Shown here: one piece after another, positions 16,190 to 24,535 of the stretch
Layout of the letters: each line of letters starts with the position of its first letter
Position numbering within the stretch: position 1 is the first letter of the stretch
Source: Dickeya dadantii NCPPB 898
GTDB lineage: Bacteria > Pseudomonadota > Gammaproteobacteria > Enterobacterales > Enterobacteriaceae
Direction of reading: 5' to 3'
DNA length: 32,000 nt
Assembly: GCF_000406145.1 (NCBI RefSeq)
Contig: NZ_CM001976.1
Coordinates: 1,742,551-1,774,550, forward strand
Position numbers and translations under genes: made by a program
The notes under the pieces: model-generated
Seen by the model: the letters and a program-made list of their open reading frames with translations, nothing else
Told to the model about the DNA's origin: nothing
Databases searched by the model: none

Positions 16190-19100
16190 ATGAATCAAGG
16201 AAATTATGAGCACTCTATCGCAGTTATTGGATTGTCTGGCTATTTCCCGCAATCGCGAAATGTAGAAGAGTTCTGGCAGTGGCTTATCAGAGGAAAAGAA
16301 TGCATCAGCCATTTTACTGATGAGGAATTAATAGCGGATGGTGAGGATCCGCAATTGCTCAATAACCCTGACTATGTACGAGCTAAAGGGACTATCACAG
16401 AACCAGAATATTTTGATGCGAGTTTTTTTGGTATATCACCAGCTGAAGCAGCATTAATCGACCCGCAACATCGACTTTTTCTCGAATGTTGTTGGCATGC
16501 CATCGAGGATTCAGGATGTAATTTAGATGCGGCTGGGGCTGTAGGTGTATTTGGCTCCGCCGGGATGAGCACGTACTTGTTACATCATCTTACGCAAAAT
16601 CCCAGTTTGTTGCGGGAATATGATTCCTATCAGCTTATGCTTGGCAATGATAAAGATTACATTGCTACGCGTGTCTCTTTTAAATTGAATTTGTCAGGTC
16701 CCAGTATTTCAGTACAGACAGCCTGTTCCAGTTCACTGGTTGCGGTACACCTTGCCTGTCAAAGTTTACTCAATGGTGAGTGTGATATGGCGCTGGCTGG
16801 TGGTGCTTCGGTGAGCTTCCCGCACAGCAGAGGCTACCTCTACCAGAAGGGCATGATCTTCTCACCTGATGGTCATTGTCGCCCGTTTGATAAGCATGCT
16901 GCCGGAACGGTTGAAGGCAATGGGGCTGGTGTTGTTCTGCTAAAGCGATTGGAAGACGCGATAGCGGATAATGATCGCATTTGTGCGGTAATTCGAGGCA
17001 GCGCAATAAATAACGATGGTGCAGAAAAGATTGGTTATACGGCACCGAGTGTTGTCAGGCAGACTGAAGTTATTAGTGAGGCATTAGATATTGCTGGTGT
17101 AGATGCTGGTCATATTTCATATGTAGAAACACACGGCACCGGGACTCCACTCGGAGATCCCATTGAAATAGCTGCATTGACTAATGCCTTTCGACAACAT
17201 ACTGATAAGATCAGATATTGTGCGCTGGGATCGCTGAAAAGCAATTTGGGTCATCTTAATTCGGCAGCAGGCGTTGCCGGGTTAATTAAGGTGGTATTAT
17301 CCCTTAAAAATAAATACATTCCAGCAAGTCTTAATTATTCGACTCCAAATCCGAATATTGATTTTGATAATAGCCCTTTCTACGTCAATTCATGCAGTAC
17401 ACCCTGGACGAGTAGTAAAGATACGCGTTGTGCCGCAGTGAGTTCTTTTGGCATTGGTGGCACTAATGCGCATATAGTGTTGTCCGAGGCGCCATCATCG
17501 ATTAATACAATACCCTCTCTACGTCAGTCACACATTCTAACCATCTCGGCAAAAACAAAAAATTCCGTTGTGCGTTACTGCAATGATCTTCAACATTTTC
17601 TGCAAAAAAACAGAGATCTTGCTTTGGAAGATATTGCTTTCACTATGCAAACAGGGCGACAGGAATTTGAATATCGTCGGGCAATTGTCGGCAATACTAT
17701 CGATGAAGTTATTACGAAACTGGCGGATACCGTTGATAATGTGGGTAGTATTGAACATAAGAACCGAATGGTCTGGATGTTCAGCGGTCAGGGGTCTCAG
17801 CATATTGGCATGGCACGTGAGGTTTATTCGTCAGAGCCTTTTTTCCACAATGAGTTTGATCGTTGCTGTGCGCTGCTGGAACCGCATTTGGCTGGTAAGG
17901 ACATCAGGCAGGCTATTTTTTCCTCGGCGGGGAATACAGAGCTCGCCTCCGCGGAACTAAAGAATACTGCCATAGCACAACCTGCATTGTTTGTTGTTGA
18001 GTATTGCCTGGCTCGTTTGTTGCTGTCATGGGGAATAGAGCCTGCTGCCATGCTAGGTCACAGCATTGGTGAATATGTGGCGGCTACTCTGGCGGGGGTT
18101 ATGTCGTTGCCGGATGCACTGATGTTAGTGGTGCATCGCGGGCGTTTGATGCAAGGGTTACCTACCGGAAGCATGCTGTCTGTTGCTTTGGCGGAAGAGG
18201 CGTTGCAGCAGCGTCTTGAGGAATTCCCAAGTCTGGACATTGCAGCGGTTAATAGTCAGAGCAATTGTGTGATATCTGGGCCGCTGGCGGATGTAGAGAC
18301 ACTTCGTGTGGTGCTCAAAGAAAGCGGTATTGCCTCAACATTACTCCACACTTCACATGCGTTCCACTCCGCGATGATGGAGCCAATTTTGGCGCCATTT
18401 ACTGAATTGTTACGCAATATTCGTCTTTCTCCACCAACTAGACCCTTTCTGTCAAATGTTACTGGCAGTTGGATTACTCAGGAGCAAGCCTGTTCTCCGG
18501 CGTACTGGGCCTTACATCTGCGACAGCCGGTACGCTTCGCAGCGATGATTGGATTACTGGAAGACGAAGGGTTTACACATTTTGTCGAGGTCGGACCAGG
18601 TCAGGTGCTGACATCATTGTCCCGTCAGATTCTCAGTACAGCAACGGTAATGCCACTGCTGTCATCTGTCCGTGCTCAGCAGAGCAATGTCTCTTACCTG
18701 ATGGAGACAATTGGTCGCCTGTGGTCTGTGGGTTTTCACGTGGACTGGCGTTCGGTTTACCACCATGAGGTACGGTGCAAAGTAGCACTTCCCTTGTATG
18801 CCTTTGACAGGCAGCGTTACAGCTTGAGTAAAGCCGTTGCCCCTTGCGCACTGACTACGACGCAACAATCTGTTATGCAACCCGATGTGAGCCAAAGGCA
18901 ACATCATGTCAGAAATGATTATGTGGAACCTGAGAATGAATTGGAGTGGATCCTTGCCGAAATGTGGCAAGCACTGCTTCAGATTTCTCCTGTCGGCCGA
19001 AATGATGATTTTTTCGAACTTGGCGGCAATTCTCTTATTGGGATTCAACTACTGGAACGGATTCGGGCGACCTTCATGGTTGAGGTGTCAGTAAATGACC

Positions 19101-19228
19101 TTTTTGCTGCTCCGACAGTTAGCAATTTGGCTGCCCAGATGCTGGATAAGCTTAGTACATTAACCGAAGAAGAGGCGAATGAAGTGCAGAAGACTTTAGC
19201 AGCCTGGTTAGATAGAGCGGATAAGTAA
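16190..19228 (+). CDS. Type I polyketide synthase module, KS-AT-carrier protein, no reductive domains
   Basis: KS: TACSSSLV (Cys codon 16724-16726), ETHGTGTPLGD, KSNLGHL. AT: FSGQGSQ, GHSIGE (Ser 18062-18064), HAFHS (18356-18370). Carrier: FFELGGNSL (Ser 19031-19033). ATG 16190 has AGGA at 16182-16185; the listed GTG 16169 has no Shine-Dalgarno. Confidence 0.93.
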   Translation: MNQGNYEHSIAVIGLSGYFPQSRNVEEFWQWLIRGKECISHFTDEELIADGEDPQLLNNPDYVRAKGTITEPEYFDASFFGISPAEAALIDPQHRLFLECCWHAIEDSGCNLDAAGAVGVFGSAGMSTYLLHHLTQNPSLLREYDSYQLMLGNDKDYIATRVSFKLNLSGPSISVQTACSSSLVAVHLACQSLLNGECDMALAGGASVSFPHSRGYLYQKGMIFSPDGHCRPFDKHAAGTVEGNGAGVVLLKRLEDAIADNDRICAVIRGSAINNDGAEKIGYTAPSVVRQTEVISEALDIAGVDAGHISYVETHGTGTPLGDPIEIAALTNAFRQHTDKIRYCALGSLKSNLGHLNSAAGVAGLIKVVLSLKNKYIPASLNYSTPNPNIDFDNSPFYVNSCSTPWTSSKDTRCAAVSSFGIGGTNAHIVLSEAPSSINTIPSLRQSHILTISAKTKNSVVRYCNDLQHFLQKNRDLALEDIAFTMQTGRQEFEYRRAIVGNTIDEVITKLADTVDNVGSIEHKNRMVWMFSGQGSQHIGMAREVYSSEPFFHNEFDRCCALLEPHLAGKDIRQAIFSSAGNTELASAELKNTAIAQPALFVVEYCLARLLLSWGIEPAAMLGHSIGEYVAATLAGVMSLPDALMLVVHRGRLMQGLPTGSMLSVALAEEALQQRLEEFPSLDIAAVNSQSNCVISGPLADVETLRVVLKESGIASTLLHTSHAFHSAMMEPILAPFTELLRNIRLSPPTRPFLSNVTGSWITQEQACSPAYWALHLRQPVRFAAMIGLLEDEGFTHFVEVGPGQVLTSLSRQILSTATVMPLLSSVRAQQSNVSYLMETIGRLWSVGFHVDWRSVYHHEVRCKVALPLYAFDRQRYSLSKAVAPCALTTTQQSVMQPDVSQRQHHVRNDYVEPENELEWILAEMWQALLQISPVGRNDDFFELGGNSLIGIQLLERIRATFMVEVSVNDLFAAPTVSNLAAQMLDKLSTLTEEEANEVQKTLAAWLDRADK
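16214..17490 (+). other. Ketosynthase (KS) domain
   Basis: From IAVIGLSGYFP to GGTNAHIVLSEAP. The Cys-His-His catalytic residues are all present, so it should be condensation-competent and is not a KS-Q loader. Confidence 0.88.
17768..18630 (+). other. Acyltransferase (AT) domain, malonyl-CoA-type motifs
   Basis: GQGSQ...GHSIGE...HAFH...VEVGPGQVL. By established AT motif rules, HAFH with GHSxGE indicates malonyl-CoA (methylmalonyl-specific ATs carry YASH). Confidence 0.8.
18940..19150 (+). other. Carrier (thiolation) domain of the PKS
   Basis: LAEMWQALLQISPVGRNDDFFELGGNSLIGIQLLERI. GGNSL is closer to the NRPS PCP form (GGxSL) than to the usual PKS ACP form (GxDSL). Confidence 0.8.
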
Positions 19229-22200
19229 TGGATAATACTAAAGGTAACGCAAAATCTCAGCTTTTAGCAACGCTACGTAGCCAGACTTCGTCGGGAAAGT
19301 CGGCGCATCCGGCGATAAAGCAGTTGGCAAGTGTTGTGCCGGGCAATGGGGATATTATCAGGGTGGACAATCGCCCTTTTTATCCTGTGTCGTTTGCGCA
19401 AAAGCGGATGTACCTCTTGCATCAGTTGGATCCTAAATCTACCGCCTATAACCTGCCGCTTGCACTTTATATAGAAGGAAAAATCGATATTGAGCGTTTT
19501 ACTGTTGCAGTAAAGCAGCTTACAGAGCGCCACGAATGCTTGCGTAGCGGGATTTACCTGGTTGAGCAGGAGATCATGCAATCCATCGAACAGAATGCTG
19601 CGCTTGCTATTCACTACACGGACGTACGTGACGACGATATTCCAGCACTGATGAAAGCGTTCAGCCAGCCTTTTGATCTTGCCAAGCCACCTTTGGCTCG
19701 TATTGCGCTAGCAACAGTGGAAAGAGAGCGATATTTATTATTGCTAGATATGCACCACATCATTGCCGATGGTATTTCTCAACAAATCATTTTGCGTGAT
19801 TTGATGTTCTTATATAACGGAATGACGCTTTCACAACTGCCACTACGCTATCGGGATTATGCTGTTTGGCAGGAACAATGGCTTTTATCTGCGGCGGCGC
19901 AAAAACAGCAGCATTTTTGGCTGGAAATGTACGCAACAGACGTGCCAGTGCTGGATTTAGCAACTGATTTCCCGCGCCCGGATATTCTGACGTCGGTGGG
20001 TGCGCACTATGAATTTGTTTTTACGGCAAATGAAACTGATTCGATGAAGTCTCTGGCGAGACAATTGAATGTCACCACTTATACCTTGTTCCTCGGTGTA
20101 TTCTCCCTGCTATTGGCTAAAGATTCCGGGCAAGATGATATTGTTGTAGGTTCGCCTGTTGCCGGACGGCGCCAGATTGCATTGCAGGAACTGGTAGGGA
20201 TGTTCGTTAATACGATTGCATTACGCTGCAAGCCTGAAGCAACAAAACGCGTTGCTGACTATATCAAAGAGTTGGGTATTACTGTTTCCTCTGCACTTGA
20301 AGCACAAGACTATCCATTCGAAGCATTAGTCGAGAAAACTCGCGCTACCCGCAGTATTAATCGTAATCCGCTTTTTGATGTCATGTTTTCGCTTAGCAAT
20401 ATGAAGAAAACGACATCACAATTTAAGGAACTGAGCATTAGCCCGTATCCGTTTCAACGCAATGTGGCCAATTTTGACCTTGAGTTGTATATGACGGAAG
20501 AGAATCAGTGCATTGAGTTCCGACTGGAATATAACACTCAACTGTTTATCGAAGAAACCATACAACGTATGGCTAGCCACTTCCGGTACCTCGCGCGCCA
20601 GTTAGTCGATAAACCAGAGCAGGCTATTTCTGCACTGAAACTTTTGGATGCAGCAGAACAGGCAGAGACGCTGGCAAGGCATCGCGGTCCGGCGGTAATT
20701 GCAGAAGATTGTGTATTTACACAGGTATTTGAACAGCAAGTGGAGCAAACACCGAATGCTCTTGCGGCCATTTGTGATAAACGTCAGCTTAGTTACGCAG
20801 AATTAAATAGCTGGGCCAATAGTGTTGCTCGTGGCCTGATTGGGAAAGAATTTCCCAGGGAAACACTTATTGCACTCTGGCTGGACCGGGAGCTTGAGTT
20901 TCTGGCGGCCATGATAGGGGTTTTTAAGGCGTCATACAGTTATATGCCAGTGGATCCGGCGTTGCCGCATGCACGTATTCGCACGTTGTTGGCCGAGAGT
21001 AAAAGTCGTTTAATTATTACTGAAAAGCAATATCTGTCGATTGCGCGTGAAATCGCTGGTCCGAATGTAGAAATAGTTTTGATTGAAACCCTTCTGACAA
21101 GAGGGGAGCTCTCAACCAATCCCGACATTCCGGTAGTGCCAGAGCAGCTTGCTTACATAATTTTCACCTCAGGTTCGACGGGTAAACCGAAAGGTGCAAT
21201 GGTCGAACATCGGGGCATGCTCAATCACCTGCGGGCGAAAATCGATGTTTTGCAGCTCACTCATCATGATCGAGTGGCTGAAACTGCAACGCAAAGTTTC
21301 GACGTATCCGTCTGGCAGTTTCTTTCTGCACTGATGACTGGCGGTGTGACCGTTATTTTTAATGGTGTCAGTGCATGGCAGCCTAGTCTGGTGCTGGAAG
21401 GCATTTGTAAACATCGTGTCACGGTATTTGAAACGGTGCCCAGCCATCTGATTGTGTTGCTGGATGAAATCGAGGATTCTCTATCGGCTACAGGTGCGCT
21501 GCCGTTGCGCTGGCTGATGCTGAATGGTGAACAACTGTTGTCTGAACTTTGTCGCCGCTGGTTCGTTTGTTACCCGGATATTCCGCTAATCAATGCGTAT
21601 GGTCCGACCGAGTGTTCTGATGATGTTACTCACCATCTAATAACAAAGTCTTCCCCCTTGGAACGCTCTGCCATTCCCATCGGTGACACGGTAAGAGGAA
21701 TGTGGCTCTATGTCCTTGATGAATATTTGCAACTGGTTCCCCGCGGCTGTGTTGGTGAACTCTATATCGGCGGAATAGGTGTCGGCCGCGGATATTTAGA
21801 TGATCCAGAGAAGACGGCGGCTGCTTTTTTGCCCGATGTTTTCGTGGTGGACCCAACAAAACGTATGTACAAAACCGGTGATCTGGTACGTGAGCTTGCT
21901 GATGGCTCGCTCGAATACTTAGGACGTCGCGACCATCAGGTTAAAATTAATGGCATGCGTGTGGAACTGAGTGAAATTGAACATGCGTTACTGGCGACAG
22001 GGCGGGTGCGTGAGGCTGTTGTGGTCGCAGGACAATGGGGCCATTTACCGCTCAAGCAGCTCTGTGCTTATGTGGTATTGAAAGCCGGCAATGAACTGGC
22101 TCTTTTGCAGAACGAGATTGAGTCAATCCTGCCAGGTTATATGACCCCTGTTTTTTGGGTATGCCTGTCATCACTACCTTTGTTGGTTAATGGTAAAGTT

Positions 22201-23820
22201 GATCGTAAAGCGCTTCCGTATCCTAAAGCAGATGAGTCCACCGCTATCCCTTTAATTGTACCTGTCACCGAAGAGCAGCGTCTGATGGCTAAGTTCTGGG
22301 CCGACGTGCTGGATCTGGATGCGGCAGGTATCGGTTTACAGCATGAATTTTTCAAACTTGGTGGAACCTCGTTGAAAGCGATGCGGCTGGTTTCTCGGAT
22401 CAAAAGGGAAACCGGGGTTGGAATGCCTTTCTCGGCGATTTTTGCCAACTCTATTTTGCAGGGATTTACTGAGTTATATCAGCAGGCCAGGCAATCCAGT
22501 CAGGCTCCACAGCCGCTGAATTCTGCACGGCATTATACGTTTCGTATCCCTGCGTTGCCCGAACATCAGCGTATTTATCGTATGGAAGGCCAGATGCCAA
22601 GGGAAGCCGTATTCAACATGCCGTATCGCTTATTAGTGGAAGGCGCGTTGGATGCGCAGAAGGTTGAAGCAGCCTTCCGGGCTGTCTGCAGGCGTCACTG
22701 GATGATGACGGCGAACATCGTGTCAGATAATAATGGTGAGTTAAGCTTGTTTCCCAATTCTGCGGCTGATATTGCTTTCTCTTACTCGGATAGCACTGAA
22801 GAAGATATTGAGTATCGGTGGCATCAGTTTGTCCGTCCCTTTGCCATTGCTGATGAGCCCCTCTTCAGGATGCAGTTACTGACGGTGAACCCACAGCGGC
22901 ATTATTTTTTCTTCGATAACCACACTATAGCTGCGGATTTTACGTCAAAAGCGCTAATTTTACGCGAGTTTGTCAGTTTATATCTCGGGCATTCCTTGCC
23001 GCAGCCTGGGATGGATTATCCAACCTATGTGCAACAACGTTTGGCGCGGGCAAACAGTGCGATAGCACTGGCGCAAAGGAACGCATGGCAACGCATGTTT
23101 AGCCGGGGGGCATTGCGTTTACAGAGTACTGATGCGCAAACACTGACCGAGGTCAGTGCAGAAAAAGCGAAGCATCTCACGCTCAGGCTGGATGAGACGC
23201 GACTGGGACAAATCAGTGCGCTGTCTAAAATCAGCGGCGTTAGCGAACACAATATTTGCCAGGCAGCTTTTTCCCTTGCCTTGGCCAGTCAGTTCAACCA
23301 ACGTGAGTTCTTTTTGCTTTCACTGGTGACCGATCGTGACCAGCCGGAATATGACAACATTGTCGGGCTGGTATTTGATTCGCTCCCTGTGTGGCAACAG
23401 ATCGATGTAGCCCAGTCAGTAACGCAACTTTTAGTTCAAACACAATATCATTCACGCCAATCCTATGAGAAACGAGAATATCCGGCCATTCTGCTTTATG
23501 AAGAACGATCAGAGCAGGATGGTAATTGGAGTAATGGTTATTTTGATACGACGATGGTCTGGGTTGAACATGATGCATTTAATTTTTCTCAGGCAGGTTT
23601 TAATGTCAAAGATATACCGAATGATAACATCATGGGGCGTTTCGATCTTCGTTTGGAGGCTTATCGAGAGCAATCCAGCCTGACGCTCATTCTTGAGTAT
23701 CGGGAGAGAATTTTTTATCCAGAGACTGCTGAGAAAATATTTTCTTCTATTGATTCAGCGCTCATTTTTATGGTGAATAACCCTGACGCAAAAATTGCAG
23801 CCTGGGGGCGGTATGTATAA
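19228..23820 (+). CDS. Non-ribosomal peptide synthetase, C-A-T plus a terminal condensation-like domain (1530 aa)
   Basis: The ATG overlaps the PKS stop (TAATG). C: SFAQKRMY, MHHIIADG (19753-19773). A: LSYAELN, LAYIIFTSGSTGKPKG, FDVSVWQ, NAYGPTE, GELYIGGIGVGRGY, YKTGD, GRRDHQVKINGMRVEL, NGKVDRKAL. T: FFKLGGTSL (Ser 22369-22371). The C-terminal ~430 aa is C-like. Confidence 0.95.
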   Translation: MDNTKGNAKSQLLATLRSQTSSGKSAHPAIKQLASVVPGNGDIIRVDNRPFYPVSFAQKRMYLLHQLDPKSTAYNLPLALYIEGKIDIERFTVAVKQLTERHECLRSGIYLVEQEIMQSIEQNAALAIHYTDVRDDDIPALMKAFSQPFDLAKPPLARIALATVERERYLLLLDMHHIIADGISQQIILRDLMFLYNGMTLSQLPLRYRDYAVWQEQWLLSAAAQKQQHFWLEMYATDVPVLDLATDFPRPDILTSVGAHYEFVFTANETDSMKSLARQLNVTTYTLFLGVFSLLLAKDSGQDDIVVGSPVAGRRQIALQELVGMFVNTIALRCKPEATKRVADYIKELGITVSSALEAQDYPFEALVEKTRATRSINRNPLFDVMFSLSNMKKTTSQFKELSISPYPFQRNVANFDLELYMTEENQCIEFRLEYNTQLFIEETIQRMASHFRYLARQLVDKPEQAISALKLLDAAEQAETLARHRGPAVIAEDCVFTQVFEQQVEQTPNALAAICDKRQLSYAELNSWANSVARGLIGKEFPRETLIALWLDRELEFLAAMIGVFKASYSYMPVDPALPHARIRTLLAESKSRLIITEKQYLSIAREIAGPNVEIVLIETLLTRGELSTNPDIPVVPEQLAYIIFTSGSTGKPKGAMVEHRGMLNHLRAKIDVLQLTHHDRVAETATQSFDVSVWQFLSALMTGGVTVIFNGVSAWQPSLVLEGICKHRVTVFETVPSHLIVLLDEIEDSLSATGALPLRWLMLNGEQLLSELCRRWFVCYPDIPLINAYGPTECSDDVTHHLITKSSPLERSAIPIGDTVRGMWLYVLDEYLQLVPRGCVGELYIGGIGVGRGYLDDPEKTAAAFLPDVFVVDPTKRMYKTGDLVRELADGSLEYLGRRDHQVKINGMRVELSEIEHALLATGRVREAVVVAGQWGHLPLKQLCAYVVLKAGNELALLQNEIESILPGYMTPVFWVCLSSLPLLVNGKVDRKALPYPKADESTAIPLIVPVTEEQRLMAKFWADVLDLDAAGIGLQHEFFKLGGTSLKAMRLVSRIKRETGVGMPFSAIFANSILQGFTELYQQARQSSQAPQPLNSARHYTFRIPALPEHQRIYRMEGQMPREAVFNMPYRLLVEGALDAQKVEAAFRAVCRRHWMMTANIVSDNNGELSLFPNSAADIAFSYSDSTEEDIEYRWHQFVRPFAIADEPLFRMQLLTVNPQRHYFFFDNHTIAADFTSKALILREFVSLYLGHSLPQPGMDYPTYVQQRLARANSAIALAQRNAWQRMFSRGALRLQSTDAQTLTEVSAEKAKHLTLRLDETRLGQISALSKISGVSEHNICQAAFSLALASQFNQREFFLLSLVTDRDQPEYDNIVGLVFDSLPVWQQIDVAQSVTQLLVQTQYHSRQSYEKREYPAILLYEERSEQDGNWSNGYFDTTMVWVEHDAFNFSQAGFNVKDIPNDNIMGRFDLRLEAYREQSSLTLILEYRERIFYPETAEKIFSSIDSALIFMVNNPDAKIAAWGRYV
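19378..20640 (+). other. Condensation (C) domain, canonical HHxxxDG
   Basis: C1 SFAQKRMYLL, C2 RHECLRSG, C3 MHHIIADGIS, C5 VGMFVNTIALR. Confidence 0.85.
20713..22225 (+). other. Adenylation (A) domain; hand-extracted specificity code about D-V-W-E-M-N-A-D-D-K
   Basis: Core motifs A1-A10 are all present. The code was read by eye-aligning to GrsA positions 235/236/239/278/299/301/322/330/331/517. Confidence 0.85.
22270..22485 (+). other. Thiolation (PCP) domain
   Basis: EEQRLMAKFWADVL...FFKLGGTSLKAMRLVSRI. Confidence 0.85.
22531..23817 (+). other. Terminal condensation-like domain with a degenerate active-site motif (NHTIAAD instead of HHxxxDG)
   Basis: The motif order is C-like but each motif is diverged: LPEHQRIYRM (C1), RRHWMMTANI (C2), FFFDNHTIAADFTS at 22918-22938 (C3), VGLVFDSLPVWQ (C5). 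Confidence 0.7.
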
Positions 23821-24535
23821 GATGAAAATATTTTGTCTACCATATGCTGGTGGATCAGCCAGTATATATCGCAAATGGCAGTCTACTATTCATCCATTAA
23901 TTGAGTGGGTTCCTCTTGAACTAGCCGGACGCGGTAGTCGCTTAAATGAAGCTCCTTATGAAATATTTCAGGATTGTATAAATGAGGTATACGATAAGAT
24001 TATCCAGCATGGCTTGAATATGCCATATGCGTTACTGGGACACAGTATGGGAGCAAGTATCGCTTTTGAAGTAGCACAAAAGCTTGTCCGCCACGCTCAG
24101 CGTCTGCCGATGCATTTATTTATTTCTGGACGCCGTGCCCCCCAATCTGTGCGTCCGGTAAAAAAGATGCACTTACTTTCTGAGGATGAGTTTATTGCTG
24201 AATTACGTTTGCTGGGGGGAACTGCCGACGAACTCTTTGCCGACTGTGATTTATTAGCATTGTTTTTGCCAATCATTCGTGCAGACTATCGGATGCTCGC
24301 AACCTATTTATTTCAGGCACCACCTCGGCCTATTGATGTGGCATTTACCATTTTAAATGGCAAATCGGATGACTTGTTTCCAGAAGAGATAACAGGCTGG
24401 CAGGCTTTAAGTATGAGAAAATGCGAGTATCGTTTTTTTGACGGTGGGCACTTTTTTATTGATCAACATTATAAAGAAATAAGCCACTATCTGAATTCAG
24501 TCATGCTGTCCACAGGGAGTGCTGGGGAAAAATGA
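23813..24535 (+). CDS. Type II (editing-type) thioesterase
   Basis: FCLPYAGGSASIY, nucleophile GHSMGA, and a C-terminal GGHFF motif. About 240 aa. ATG 23813 overlaps the NRPS stop (ATGTATAA) and has GGGGG upstream. ATG 23822 is an alternative start. Confidence 0.9.
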   Translation: MYKMKIFCLPYAGGSASIYRKWQSTIHPLIEWVPLELAGRGSRLNEAPYEIFQDCINEVYDKIIQHGLNMPYALLGHSMGASIAFEVAQKLVRHAQRLPMHLFISGRRAPQSVRPVKKMHLLSEDEFIAELRLLGGTADELFADCDLLALFLPIIRADYRMLATYLFQAPPRPIDVAFTILNGKSDDLFPEEITGWQALSMRKCEYRFFDGGHFFIDQHYKEISHYLNSVMLSTGSAGEK

